From Bacteroidales bacterium (GTDB lineage: Bacteria; Bacteroidota; Bacteroidia; Bacteroidales; UBA932), in NCBI GenBank assembly GCA_017551785.1, contig JAFZKU010000010.1:3980-67979 (forward strand): a stretch of 64,000 nucleotides of DNA, written 5' to 3'. The translations under genes and the position numbers were made by a program. The notes below the pieces were generated by a model. That model did no database searches, was not told the origin of the DNA, and worked only from the letters and a program-made list of their open reading frames with translations. Every line of letters starts with the position of its first letter. Positions within the stretch are counted from its first letter, which is position 1. Below are positions 46,672-56,363 of this stretch, one piece after another.

Positions 46672-47832
46672 ATGAAGATTCTGGTGATAGACGACGAGCG
46701 CAGCATCCGCAATACTCTTAAGGAAATCCTCGAGTTCGAAGGGCACACCATCGCCACTGCCGAAGACGGCAAGCAGGGCCTTGACATGGCGCTGAACGAT
46801 TCCTACGATGCGATTTTCTGCGACATCAAGATGCCGAACATGGACGGACTGGAAGTCCTTGCAGCCCTTGCCGAAAGCGAGAGCGACACTCCGATAATCA
46901 TGATTTCTGGCCACGGCGATATCGACACCGCAGTGGACTGCATCAAGAAGGGAGCATACGACTTCATCCAGAAGCCGCTCGACCTTAACCGCATCCTCAT
47001 CACCCTCAAGAACGCTACAGACAAGTCGACTCTCGTCAAGGAGACCAAGATCCTCAAGAAGAAGGTCGACACCAAATATGAGATAGTAGGCGAGAGCGAA
47101 GCCATCAAGCATATCAAAGATGTGATCTCCCGCGTAGCCGCTACCGACGCCCGCGTGCTTATCACCGGCTCGAACGGCACCGGCAAGGAGCTGGTGGCCC
47201 ACAATCTCCATAACCAGAGCCAGAGGGCTTCGATGCCGTTCATCGAGGTCAACTGCGCCGCCATTCCCAGCGAGCTCATCGAGAGCGAGCTGTTCGGCCA
47301 CGAGAAAGGCTCCTTCACTTCTGCTGTAAAGCAGCACAAGGGTAAGTTCGAGCAGGCCGACGGAGGAACCCTCTTCCTCGACGAGATCGGCGACATGAGC
47401 CTCGCCGCCCAGGCCAAGGTGCTGCGCGTGCTTCAGGAAAACAAGCTCATGAGGGTCGGCGGAGACAAGGACATCAGCGTGAACGTCCGCGTCATCGCCG
47501 CCACCAACAAGAACCTCACCGAGGAGATTGCCAAGGGCACCTTCCGTGAGGACCTCTATCACCGCCTGAGCGTTATCGTAATCCACGTGCCTACTCTGGC
47601 GGAACGCACCGACGACATCCCTCTGCTGGTTACCCACTTCATCAAGAGGATATGCGACGAGAGCGGCAAGCCCGAGCCCAAGGTCGATGCTGCGGCCTAT
47701 GACGAGCTCAAGAAGCTTCCCTGGACCGGCAACATCCGCGAACTTCGCAACGTTGTCGAGAGACTGCTGATTCTCTGCGGCAACACTATTACCAAGGAAG
47801 ATGTCCTGTTGTATGCAACTCCTTCAATCTAA
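46672..47832 (+). CDS. Sigma-54-dependent response regulator (REC plus AAA+ domains) without an obvious C-terminal HTH
   Basis: REC domain (MKILVIDDE...DIKMP). Walker [15 protein letters not shown]-like motif (GSFTSA). Walker [19 protein letters not shown] lies near the end. The protein stops about 25 aa after that motif. Confidence 0.85.
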   Translation: MKILVIDDERSIRNTLKEILEFEGHTIATAEDGKQGLDMALNDSYDAIFCDIKMPNMDGLEVLAALAESESDTPIIMISGHGDIDTAVDCIKKGAYDFIQKPLDLNRILITLKNATDKSTLVKETKILKKKVDTKYEIVGESEAIKHIKDVISRVAATDARVLITGSNGTGKELVAHNLHNQSQRASMPFIEVNCAAIPSELIESELFGHEKGSFTSAVKQHKGKFEQADGGTLFLDEIGDMSLAAQAKVLRVLQENKLMRVGGDKDISVNVRVIAATNKNLTEEIAKGTFREDLYHRLSVIVIHVPTLAERTDDIPLLVTHFIKRICDESGKPEPKVDAAAYDELKKLPWTGNIRELRNVVERLLILCGNTITKEDVLLYATPSI

Positions 47833-47840
47833 ATACGATT

Positions 47841-49157
47841 ATGAACCTTGTAGCTATAGTAGGACGTCCTAACGTCGGCAAGTCGACCCTTTTCAACCGA
47901 CTTGTAGGCATGCGTCAGGCCATTGTCGATGATATTTCCGGAGTGACACGCGACCGCCACTACGGCCGTTGCGAATGGTGCGGCCATGAGTTCTCAGTGG
48001 TCGACACTGGCGGCTTCACCACCAACAGCGACGACGTCTTCGAGAGCGAGATCCGCAAGCAGGTGATGATTGCCATCGAAGAGTGCGACCTGGTGCTCTT
48101 CCTCGTAGAGGTTGCTACAGGCATCACTGACTTCGACGCCGAGATAGCCGACGTGCTGCGTCGCAGCCGCAAGCCCGTGGTCCTTGCTGTCAACAAGGTG
48201 GATTCCGGCGACAAGATATACGGCACATACGAATTCAACGCCCTGGGCCTCGGAGAGCCCTGGAGCATCTCTGCTGCCACAGGCAGCGGCACCGGCGACC
48301 TGCTGGACGAGATCATAGCCAAGCTTCCCTCGGATTCTACTATAAAGGAAGAAGTTGAGGGTGAGAATACCATCCCGCGCATTGCCATCGTGGGCAAGCC
48401 GAATGTCGGCAAATCGTCCCTTACCAATGCGTTGCTGGGAGAGGAGAGGAACATAGTGACTCCGGTGGCCGGCACCACCAGGGATTCCATAAGCACTCAC
48501 TACAACAAGTTCGGCCATGAATTCATACTGGTCGACACTGCGGGAGTGCGCAAGAAATCGAAAGTGACGGAAGATCTGGAGTTCTACTCAGTGCTTCGCT
48601 CCATCCGCGCCATCGAGAATTCAGACGTCTGCATCCTGATGGTCGACGCCCAGACGGGCCTCGAGAGCCAGGACATGTCTATCTTCAACATAATCCAGCG
48701 TAACCGCAAGGGCTGCGTCATAGTCATCAACAAGTGGGACCTTGTGACCAAGGACAGCAACACCCTGATGCGTTATCGTGAGGCTGTGCTGCGCAAGATC
48801 GCTCCCAACGACGACATCCCCGTGGTCTTCACTTCGGTGATCAACAAACAGCGCATCATGGATGTGCTGGACACCGTCGCCAAGGTCTACGACAATTATG
48901 CGAAACGCATCCCTACCTCGGAGCTGAACGAGGTGATGCTTCAGGAGATAGACAACTATCCGCCTCCGGCATGGAAAGGGAAGTACATCAAGATCAAGTA
49001 TATCACCCAGCTGCCGACCGCGGCGCCTTCGTTTGCATTCTTCTGCAATCTGCCGCAGTACGTCCGTGACCCGTACAAACGCTTCCTGGAGAACAAGCTC
49101 CGCGAGCATTTCGACTTCACGGGCTGTCCCCTGCAGATCTATATCCGACAGAAATAA
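47841..49157 (+). CDS. der: Ribosome biogenesis GTPase Der (EngA)
   Basis: Two GTPase domains ([28 protein letters not shown]) plus a KH-like C-terminus. Confidence 0.95.
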   Translation: MNLVAIVGRPNVGKSTLFNRLVGMRQAIVDDISGVTRDRHYGRCEWCGHEFSVVDTGGFTTNSDDVFESEIRKQVMIAIEECDLVLFLVEVATGITDFDAEIADVLRRSRKPVVLAVNKVDSGDKIYGTYEFNALGLGEPWSISAATGSGTGDLLDEIIAKLPSDSTIKEEVEGENTIPRIAIVGKPNVGKSSLTNALLGEERNIVTPVAGTTRDSISTHYNKFGHEFILVDTAGVRKKSKVTEDLEFYSVLRSIRAIENSDVCILMVDAQTGLESQDMSIFNIIQRNRKGCVIVINKWDLVTKDSNTLMRYREAVLRKIAPNDDIPVVFTSVINKQRIMDVLDTVAKVYDNYAKRIPTSELNEVMLQEIDNYPPPAWKGKYIKIKYITQLPTAAPSFAFFCNLPQYVRDPYKRFLENKLREHFDFTGCPLQIYIRQK

Positions 49158-49985
49158 CTAGTAGACTTTCAGCTCGCCGATTTCGACGCCCTGGCAGCCG
49201 GCTGTGACTATTATCACTTCCTGGCCCTTCTTGTTGAGGACGTACGAAGGCTCGTCGATGAAGGTGTGGCTGTGGCCGCCGATTATGATGTCGATATTAG
49301 ACGACTCGGCTGCCATCACATGGTCTGACGGGCGGTCATAGTCGCCGCCGTCGAAGCCGAGATGCGACAGGAAGATCACCAGGTCACATTTTTCCTCGTT
49401 CTTCAGATAGTCGGCCCACCTGTTCACCTCGGCTACAGTGTCGAGATGCTCCATGTCCTTGATGTATTCATACATCACGTTGCTTTCAAGATATGAAGTG
49501 GCGCCTACGATGCCTATCTTCAGGCCGCCACGCTTTACTATAGTGTAAGGCTTCACATACGGCTCCAGGGGAGTGCCCTTTACTCCGTAGTTGCACATCA
49601 AGGTAGGATATTTCGCACTTGAAAGCCTGCGTGCAAGCTCTTCCAGACCGTTGTCGAACTCGTGGTTGCCGAGAGTGGCCACGTCATAGCCCAGAGCGTT
49701 CATGAGCTCGAGTTCAAGGTCGCCCTTGGCTACAGTGAAATAAGGAGTGCCCTGGTTGTAGTCGCCTGCATCCAGGAGCAGCACTTTCTTCTTGCCGTAG
49801 TGGGCACGGACGCTGTCGATGAACTGAAGCCTGCGGTCTACTCCGCCGAGGCCTTCGTTGCGACCTGTGCGCAAAGGTTCGATCTGACTGTGTGAATCAT
49901 TGGTGTGAAGTATCACCAGACGCTGTGCATCTGACATTCCGAATGCCAGGCACACTATTGCAATTGTCAATACTAACCTTCTCAT
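49158..49985 (-). CDS. 5'-nucleotidase/UshA-family metallophosphoesterase domain protein
   Basis: ILHTNDSHS, DAGD, GNHEFDNG, GGHSH motifs, with a signal peptide. Confidence 0.8.
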   Translation of the reverse strand: MRRLVLTIAIVCLAFGMSDAQRLVILHTNDSHSQIEPLRTGRNEGLGGVDRRLQFIDSVRAHYGKKKVLLLDAGDYNQGTPYFTVAKGDLELELMNALGYDVATLGNHEFDNGLEELARRLSSAKYPTLMCNYGVKGTPLEPYVKPYTIVKRGGLKIGIVGATSYLESNVMYEYIKDMEHLDTVAEVNRWADYLKNEEKCDLVIFLSHLGFDGGDYDRPSDHVMAAESSNIDIIIGGHSHTFIDEPSYVLNKKGQEVIIVTAGCQGVEIGELKVY

Positions 49986-49989
49986 AGTC

Positions 49990-50751
49990 CTAGTTCCTGT
50001 CTACGTTTTTAATAACCACACGGCCGTCCATCTTCGGGTCGACCTTCTTGCCCTGGGCGGTAAGCTCCCTGATATGGTCGCACACGGCGTCGCGGATTAG
50101 CACGTCGGTGTCGATCACCTTGTCGGCATAAGCGCCGATCCTCGAGCCGTCACCTCCGTCGAGCAGGAAGTTGATGGTTGCGAAGTTGTAAGTCTTGTTG
50201 GGATCCAGCGGTTTGCCGCCGATGTTGAACTTGGTGATCTGGTAGTTGTCGATTACCAGCTCTACGCCGCTAAGGCACTCCACATAGCCCTTCTTTGCAT
50301 AATTGTCCATGAACTGGCGAAGCTTAGATCCCTTCACCTTGCAGACTACTATGTCATTTTCGAAGGGGAAGATGGAATAGATGTCATAGACTCTCACGTC
50401 TCCCTTGGGCATGGCGGTGCGGATGCCGCCGTAGTTGGTCATGGCCATCTCCACCGGCTCCCCTATTTCCTTCTCGGCCCTCGCGCGGATGACGTCCGCA
50501 GCGAAGTTCGAGAGTTCGCTCTCCGGCCCGCGCCTGCTTTCGATCAGGCGGTCGGTGTAACCGATTATTTCCATAAGCGGAGCAACCTGGGGCGAATACT
50601 TATCTATTATATCCTGAGCCGCCCAGTCGCTGCCGGTGTCGTAACGGGAATCGATGTAGTGGTATTGCCATGCATAGTCGAAGGCCGCGTTTTTCCTGCC
50701 GCATGCCACCAGCATCAGGCAGGCCGTCAGTATCAGTAATATCCGTCGCAT
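49990..50751 (-). CDS. 5'-nucleotidase C-terminal (substrate-binding) domain protein
   Basis: LSNFAADVIR..., NYGGIR, and NFLLDGGDG are typical of 5_nucleotid_C. The likely start MRRILLILTACLMLVAC at 50751 removes the overlap with the upstream gene. Confidence 0.75.
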   Translation of the reverse strand: MRRILLILTACLMLVACGRKNAAFDYAWQYHYIDSRYDTGSDWAAQDIIDKYSPQVAPLMEIIGYTDRLIESRRGPESELSNFAADVIRARAEKEIGEPVEMAMTNYGGIRTAMPKGDVRVYDIYSIFPFENDIVVCKVKGSKLRQFMDNYAKKGYVECLSGVELVIDNYQITKFNIGGKPLDPNKTYNFATINFLLDGGDGSRIGAYADKVIDTDVLIRDAVCDHIRELTAQGKKVDPKMDGRVVIKNVDRN

Positions 50752-50753
50752 AT

Positions 50754-52073
50754 CTATTTTTTGCTTTTCATCCATTTATAGAGATCCTTGAAGGTAGCCT
50801 TCTTGCCGTACATCAGAATACCCACGCGGTATATCCTTGCCGAGATGTAGGTGACAAGAATGAAAGTTGCCAGCAGCAGAGCTATCGACAGAGCGAGCTG
50901 CCAGCCCGGCACTACGCCGAACGGAAGCCTTGCCAGCATCACCATCGGTGATGTGAAAGGAATGATGGAAGCCCAGAACGACAGAGCGCTGTTAGGGTGC
51001 TGGAAGGTGTGGAGCATGATGAACAGACCGAGCATCAGCGGGATGGTGATAGGCATCGCCAGCTGGCCTGTGTCAGCCTCGTTGTCGACTGCAGAGCCAA
51101 CAGCGGCGAACATCGATGCGTAGAGCAGATAGCCCAGCAGGAAGTAAATGAGGAAGAATACCAGCAGATAAGGGATGTTCAGGCTGGCCAGGCCGCCGAG
51201 GATTCCGGAAGCCACGTTCTCAGAAATGCCCTCCCCTGCTGCAAGCACATCACCTGCGCCGGCAGACATTACGTCAGCCCCGAAGATAAGGCCGCCGCCA
51301 GTGACAAGCACGAGGGTCAGCACTATCCAGATTATGAACTGCGTCAGCGCCACACCGGCCACGCCGATGATCTTGCCCATCATAAGCTCGAACGAGCTGA
51401 CAGATGAAACCACGACTTCCACGATGCGGTTTGACTTCTCCTCGATGACTCCCCTCATGACCATGTTTCCGAACATGAAGGTGAATATATAGATAAGGAA
51501 ACTCATGATGTAGGCGATAATCATGTATGCCTCTACCGAGTCTTCCTTCTCGCCTCCGTCTTCAGTCAGGGTCAGAGCCTCGACAGGAACTGATGTACGC
51601 ACCTTGGCCATAATGTCCTCGTACCCTACTATGTCGTAGGCTTTCAGCTTGTAGTCACGCACCGCCGTTTCCACCCTGCGGGACAGGTCGCTTTTGGTAT
51701 CCAGCGACACAGGCTCCTTGCTGTAGGTAGTCACCGACACGTTGTTGTCCTCGTCAAGAGGAGACACGAACACAAGGATGTCTACGCCGAGGTCATTGAA
51801 ATCGGCTTTCATCTGTTCCATGTCGGAGTTTGCGTCTGCAAAGCTGTACTGCACTGACTCTCCGCTTTCGAAGTAAGGCTGCACCAGGCCGGAACGGTCG
51901 ACGAACATCACCTTCTTCTGGCCGTCACCCTTGTAGAGCATTATAAGCGACGGGATGAGTATCAGCGCCGCCATGAATACCGGAGTGAGGATGGTGGTGA
52001 GTATGAAGGATTTCTTCTTGACGCGGACTGAATACTCACGACCTATGATAATTCCTATTTTGCTCAGATTCAT
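50754..52073 (-). CDS. ABC-2 type transporter permease (NatB-like)
   Basis: 439 aa: N-terminal TM, large extracytoplasmic loop, then about 5 C-terminal TMs. It overlaps the ATPase gene by 4 nt. Confidence 0.75.
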   Translation of the reverse strand: MNLSKIGIIIGREYSVRVKKKSFILTTILTPVFMAALILIPSLIMLYKGDGQKKVMFVDRSGLVQPYFESGESVQYSFADANSDMEQMKADFNDLGVDILVFVSPLDEDNNVSVTTYSKEPVSLDTKSDLSRRVETAVRDYKLKAYDIVGYEDIMAKVRTSVPVEALTLTEDGGEKEDSVEAYMIIAYIMSFLIYIFTFMFGNMVMRGVIEEKSNRIVEVVVSSVSSFELMMGKIIGVAGVALTQFIIWIVLTLVLVTGGGLIFGADVMSAGAGDVLAAGEGISENVASGILGGLASLNIPYLLVFFLIYFLLGYLLYASMFAAVGSAVDNEADTGQLAMPITIPLMLGLFIMLHTFQHPNSALSFWASIIPFTSPMVMLARLPFGVVPGWQLALSIALLLATFILVTYISARIYRVGILMYGKKATFKDLYKWMKSKK

Positions 52074-52996
52074 AACTTTTCCTCCTGTTTTTCACCTCCT
52101 ACAAGCTTGATGAAGATGTCGTTCATCCTCGGGATAAGCCTTCTGAAGGATATGATTTCCACTTCGTCATTGAGTTCGGCGATGACATCCTTCGAGGTGA
52201 AACCCTCGTTGATGTCGAGCACGGCGCGGCGTTCGTTCTTCTGCTGGTCGTCCAGATAGATTGAATATGAGCGGCCGGCAGGGACTTTCTCCAGATCTGA
52301 CTTGTAAAGCAGTTCCACCTGGTCTGAACCCCAGCGGCGGCGGACTTCGTCGGTGCCGCCGGTTACCACCAGCTTCGCCTTGTTGATCAGTGCTATGTTG
52401 TCGCACAGCTCCTCCACCGACTCCATGTTATGGGTCGAAAGGATAATGGAAGTGCCTTCGTCGCGCAGGCGGAGGATCTCTTCGCGGATTACCTGTACGT
52501 TGACCGGGTCGAAGCCGCTGAAGGGCTCGTCGAGGATCAGCAGGCTGGGTCTGTGGACCACTGTGGTAATGAACTGGACCTTCTGGGCCATACCCTTGGA
52601 AAGGTCTTCCACTTTCTTGTCCCACCACGACTGGATGCCGAATTTCACGAACCATTCGCGCAGCGCCTTCGAAGCTTCGGCTGAAGTCATGCCTTTCAGC
52701 CTGGCAAGGTACATGGCCTGCTCGCCGACCTTCATCTTCTTATATAGACCGCGTTCCTCGGGCAGGTAGCCGATCTTGCGTACGGCTTCTTCGGTCATGG
52801 GTTTTCCGTTGAAAATGACCGTGCCTTCGGTGGGTATGGTAATCTGGTTGATAATGCGGATCAGGGTTGTCTTTCCCGCACCGTTGGGACCCAGCAAGCC
52901 AAAAATCTTGCCTTCGGGAACTTCGATGGACACATTGTCGAGGGCGGCGAACTGGCCGAACCTCTTGGTGATGTCCTTACATTCTATGATGTTCAT
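52070..52996 (-). CDS. ABC transporter ATP-binding protein (NatA-like)
   Basis: Walker A GLLGPNGAGKTT, signature LSKGMAQK, Walker B LLILDEP. Confidence 0.9.
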   Translation of the reverse strand: MNIIECKDITKRFGQFAALDNVSIEVPEGKIFGLLGPNGAGKTTLIRIINQITIPTEGTVIFNGKPMTEEAVRKIGYLPEERGLYKKMKVGEQAMYLARLKGMTSAEASKALREWFVKFGIQSWWDKKVEDLSKGMAQKVQFITTVVHRPSLLILDEPFSGFDPVNVQVIREEILRLRDEGTSIILSTHNMESVEELCDNIALINKAKLVVTGGTDEVRRRWGSDQVELLYKSDLEKVPAGRSYSIYLDDQQKNERRAVLDINEGFTSKDVIAELNDEVEIISFRRLIPRMNDIFIKLVGGEKQEEKL

Positions 52997-53001
52997 CTGT
53001 A

Positions 53002-53577
53002 TTAGATATTGTTTTCTTCTCTGTATTTGTCAAAACAGTGCCTGCACAACGGCTCGTAGATGTCTTTCTCTCCAAGCTCGACAAGCTTTTCGCTGGCGCT
53101 CAGGCGGTGTGAATAGTTGGCGGGATCGCCGCACTTTACGCAGATCGCGTGGACTTTGGTGACATATTCGGCCACTGCCATCAGGGCAGGCATCGGGCCG
53201 AAAGGCTTGCCGCGGAAGTCGGTGTCTAGGCCGGCGACAATCACCCTGATGCCCATGCTGGCCAGCTGCTGCACTACGTCCACTATGCCCATGTCGAAGA
53301 ACTGGGCTTCGTCGATGCCGACTACATCGACATCTCCGGTGAGCAGAAGCAGGCTGCTGGAAGACTCTACCGGCGTTGAGATGATGGCGTTGGCATCGTG
53401 GCTCACCACCTCCTCTTCAGAATAGCGCACGTCGATGCGGGGCTTGAAAATCTCCACCTTGAGGTTGGCAATCTTGGCCCTCTTGAGACGGCGTATGAGC
53501 TCTTCGGTCTTGCCTGAGAACATCGAGCCGCAGATGACTTCTATCCAGCCGGGTGTCTTTGCGTTTTCAATAAACAT
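53002..53577 (-). CDS. tdk: Thymidine kinase
   Basis: [22 protein letters not shown]-terminal Cys pairs (CVKCG...CRHC). Confidence 0.95.
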   Translation of the reverse strand: MFIENAKTPGWIEVICGSMFSGKTEELIRRLKRAKIANLKVEIFKPRIDVRYSEEEVVSHDANAIISTPVESSSSLLLLTGDVDVVGIDEAQFFDMGIVDVVQQLASMGIRVIVAGLDTDFRGKPFGPMPALMAVAEYVTKVHAICVKCGDPANYSHRLSASEKLVELGEKDIYEPLCRHCFDKYREENNI

Positions 53578-53585
53578 TTCCTTTA

Positions 53586-53615
53586 CTATCTTTGTAGGGT
53601 GACTGACAAAGATAG
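53586..53615. promoter_or_regulatory. Perfect 10-bp inverted repeat carrying a TATCTTTG -7 box on each strand (divergent tdk and rsmI promoters)
   Basis: CTATCTTTGT (53586-53595) / ACAAAGATAG (53606-53615). TATCTTTG reads rightward at 53587-53594 and leftward at 53614-53607. The start codons at 53577 (-) and 53622 (+) are almost symmetric about the dyad. Confidence 0.5.
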
Positions 53616-53621
53616 GAAAAA

Positions 53622-54314
53622 ATGTCTGAACTTTTCATCGTACCGACGCCCATAGGCAATCTCGACGACATGACCTTCAGGGCAGTGCAGGTGCTCCGCG
53701 AAGTGGATCTGATCCTGGCGGAGGACACCCGCACCAGCGCGGTGCTGCTGAAGAAGTACGGCATTGCGACCCATGCTGAAAGTCACCACAAATACAACGA
53801 ACACCAGAAGGTGGAGCTCATCAAGGAAAAGATCCTTTCGGGCATGTCGGTAGCGCTCATCAGCGACGCCGGCACTCCCGGCATCAGCGACCCCGGGTTC
53901 CTGCTTGTCCGCACCTGTGCGGAGGCCGGCATCAAGGTGGTCACCCTGCCCGGGCCGACAGCTTGCATCCCCGCCATCGTCAATTCGGGTCTCCCCTGCG
54001 ACCGTTTCTGCTTCGAGGGTTTCCTTCCGCAGAAGAAGGGCCGCCAGACGAGACTCACCGAGCTGTCTGCCGAGCGCCGCACCATGGTGTTCTACGAATC
54101 CCCCTTCAGACTTGTTAAGACTCTCGCGCAGTTCGCGGAGTTTTTCGGAGACGGGCGGAAGGCCGCCGTCTGCCGTGAGATCTCAAAGGTTCACGAAAGC
54201 ACTGTCAGAGGCACTCTTGCCGAGTTGCGGGATTTCTACACCGCCAACGAGCCCAAGGGTGAGATTGTGATAGTGGTGCAAGGAGCCGATGATCATCCCA
54301 AAAAGGATTCTTAA
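53622..54314 (+). CDS. rsmI: 16S rRNA (cytidine1402-2'-O)-methyltransferase
   Basis: [34 protein letters not shown]...[11 protein letters not shown]. Confidence 0.9.
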   Translation: MSELFIVPTPIGNLDDMTFRAVQVLREVDLILAEDTRTSAVLLKKYGIATHAESHHKYNEHQKVELIKEKILSGMSVALISDAGTPGISDPGFLLVRTCAEAGIKVVTLPGPTACIPAIVNSGLPCDRFCFEGFLPQKKGRQTRLTELSAERRTMVFYESPFRLVKTLAQFAEFFGDGRKAAVCREISKVHESTVRGTLAELRDFYTANEPKGEIVIVVQGADDHPKKDS

Positions 54315-54343
54315 ACTTTTAATGTCTTCTTGGAGGAGTTTGT

Positions 54344-55321
54344 ATGAAGGGCAAAAAGGCTTCTGCGGCTGCAGCGAGCGGTGCTGTGGCTTTGATTTTT
54401 CTGATTCTTGGCTTTCAGGCAGCCATCTTTACCGGTAATGTCTTCAAATTCAGGCAGGCGGCCAAGGCCGAAGCTGCTATGGATGATTATTATTATGATA
54501 GCGATGATTCGTCTGGCATGAGCACAGACGAGGTCCGCAAAGCAAACAGGGCTTCCTCCAGTGGCGAGGGTGGTGTTGCGCAAGAGAGTATTTTTTCTAC
54601 TCTCCTAGCAACATCCACCGAGCCCAAGGGAAGCCCGGGCGAAAAAGGCAGTGCGGTGCGCAAGGCGCTGGAAGCGAGCGGCCAGCGGGAGCGCGACTAC
54701 AGCGACTCGCGGACGGTCATAGCCGAAAGGACGGCCAGGAAGACCGTCGAGACATTCGAGTTCAATCCAAACACAATCACACTTGAAGAGCTCACCCGGC
54801 TGGGCTTCTCAGAGCGCCAGGCACAAGTCATCCTGAACTACCGAGACAAAGGCGGCCGCTTCCGCAGCGAACAAGACTTCGCCAAGATGTATGTAGTCGA
54901 CAGCGCCACCTTCGCCAGGCTGGAGCCGTACATCCGCATCCCCAAACTCGACCTCAACGCCGCCGACAGCGAAGCCCTGCTCAGCCTGAGAGGCATAGGA
55001 CCATACTATGCATCAAAGATCCTCGACTATCGCCGCCGACTCGGCGGCAGCTTCACCAGCCTCGACCAGCTGCTCGAGATCGACGGCTTCGACCGCAAGC
55101 GCCTCGACGGCTTCCGCTCCGACGTAGAGCTCCGCAAACCGCCGAAAGGCTTCAACATCTGGGAAGCCACCCAGGCCCAACTTGAAGCCCACCCCTACAT
55201 CGGCACTTACGCCGCTAAAGGCATCATACGCTTCAAACGCACAGTCGACACCCTCTCCTGGACTCTCTCCAACCTCGTCGAGGCCGGCATCCTGAGTCCG
55301 GAAAAAGCAGCAAAACTGTAA
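54344..55321 (+). CDS. Membrane-anchored helix-hairpin-helix (ComEA-like) DNA-binding protein
   Basis: N-terminal TM, then two or three HhH modules (LTRLGFSERQAQVILNYRDKGGRF, LLSLRGIGPYYASKILDYRRRLGGSF). Confidence 0.65.
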   Translation: MKGKKASAAAASGAVALIFLILGFQAAIFTGNVFKFRQAAKAEAAMDDYYYDSDDSSGMSTDEVRKANRASSSGEGGVAQESIFSTLLATSTEPKGSPGEKGSAVRKALEASGQRERDYSDSRTVIAERTARKTVETFEFNPNTITLEELTRLGFSERQAQVILNYRDKGGRFRSEQDFAKMYVVDSATFARLEPYIRIPKLDLNAADSEALLSLRGIGPYYASKILDYRRRLGGSFTSLDQLLEIDGFDRKRLDGFRSDVELRKPPKGFNIWEATQAQLEAHPYIGTYAAKGIIRFKRTVDTLSWTLSNLVEAGILSPEKAAKL

Positions 55322-55325
55322 GAAA

Positions 55326-56363
55326 TTAATTACGGCACTCGTCCATGAGGTCCTCGAGGGCCTTGCGGTCGGCTGGATAGAACTTCACAACCGGAGCCAC
55401 CGTCATGCGGGCGCTCTTGCCGAGACGCTTCTCCAGCTCCATAAACTCAGTGTACTTCTCCAGATAGCTCTGCTTCTGCTCGTCAGTCAGCGGCATGTCG
55501 ATTCCAGCCTCTCTCATCATGAAACGGCTCTTCGACGCCACCGACAGCTCAACGTGCAGCTGGACATAGCATATCACATCGAAAAACACCTCGGGCGGGA
55601 AAGACTCCTTCACCGTCATCAGGAACTGGCCGGTCTTGGTATCTCTCAGCTCTCCCCTCTGGATAGCCTGGAGCAGCACGACCTGCTTGTCGAGGCCGCG
55701 GTCCAGCCAGCGGTGGATCATGTCGCCGTCGTACTGGTAAGTCCAGACCAGCAGTCCAGCCAGAGCGGCCAGGATGAATACGAACTGCAGCACGGGATTG
55801 AAATGGAGGGTGTTATGAAGAATGTGAAGCACAGGGGCGATGACCAACAGGAAAATGGACATCAGGGTGTCATTGCGCTTGATGGGCAGATTGCCTTTGC
55901 GACGCTCAGCAAGACGGACGGCGAACATCAGACCGGCAGCCACGATGGCGCTGCAGCCCATGTGGATCAGAGCCACCTCAAGGCCGCGGAACAGCACGGT
56001 CCCAATACCCAGCGGCTCGCCGAGCACCAGATAGAAAATGTTCTCCAGGATGGAGAAGCCACCTCCCACCGCCGCACCGCAGATTACGCTGTCGATAAAG
56101 AACACTATCTTCTTCCTGCTGGCAAGCAAGAACAGCGGAATAGCCTTCACAACCTCTTCCAACAAGGGATAGAGAAAGTCAGACACAGACACCGGGATGA
56201 ATGTGTCCAGCAGCCAGAACAAACCGAAGCAGACCAGTGCCGCACCCATGCCTGCTCCCACCAGCAGCAGAAGCCTCTTCACGCTCAGCAGCGAGAAGGA
56301 GTCCAGCTCATACACTACAAAAATGTAGATAGCTACCGGGAGAAGGGAAGCAATGAACGACAT
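55326..56363 (-). CDS. PrsW-family intramembrane protease-like protein with a ~130-aa cytoplasmic C-terminal extension
   Basis: Polytopic. LLEEVVKAIPLF (EExxK), GGGFSILENIFY, and ALIHMGCSAI match the PrsW family signature positions. Its ATG overlaps the upstream stop by 1 nt (TAATG). Confidence 0.65.
   Translation of the reverse strand: MSFIASLLPVAIYIFVVYELDSFSLLSVKRLLLLVGAGMGAALVCFGLFWLLDTFIPVSVSDFLYPLLEEVVKAIPLFLLASRKKIVFFIDSVICGAAVGGGFSILENIFYLVLGEPLGIGTVLFRGLEVALIHMGCSAIVAAGLMFAVRLAERRKGNLPIKRNDTLMSIFLLVIAPVLHILHNTLHFNPVLQFVFILAALAGLLVWTYQYDGDMIHRWLDRGLDKQVVLLQAIQRGELRDTKTGQFLMTVKESFPPEVFFDVICYVQLHVELSVASKSRFMMREAGIDMPLTDEQKQSYLEKYTEFMELEKRLGKSARMTVAPVVKFYPADRKALEDLMDECRN

Noticed and set aside
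39230-47832. The histidine kinase and the sigma-54 response regulator as an obvious cognate operon
   Set aside because: They are on opposite strands and are separated by seven unrelated housekeeping genes. The partnership is speculative.
49158-50751. Split 5'-nucleotidase (separate metallophosphatase and C-terminal domain genes) as a possible pseudogene
   Set aside because: Both ORFs are intact and each has its own signal or lipoprotein sequence. As far as I recall, the two-gene arrangement is common in Bacteroidales. No frameshift signature was seen at the 4-nt junction.
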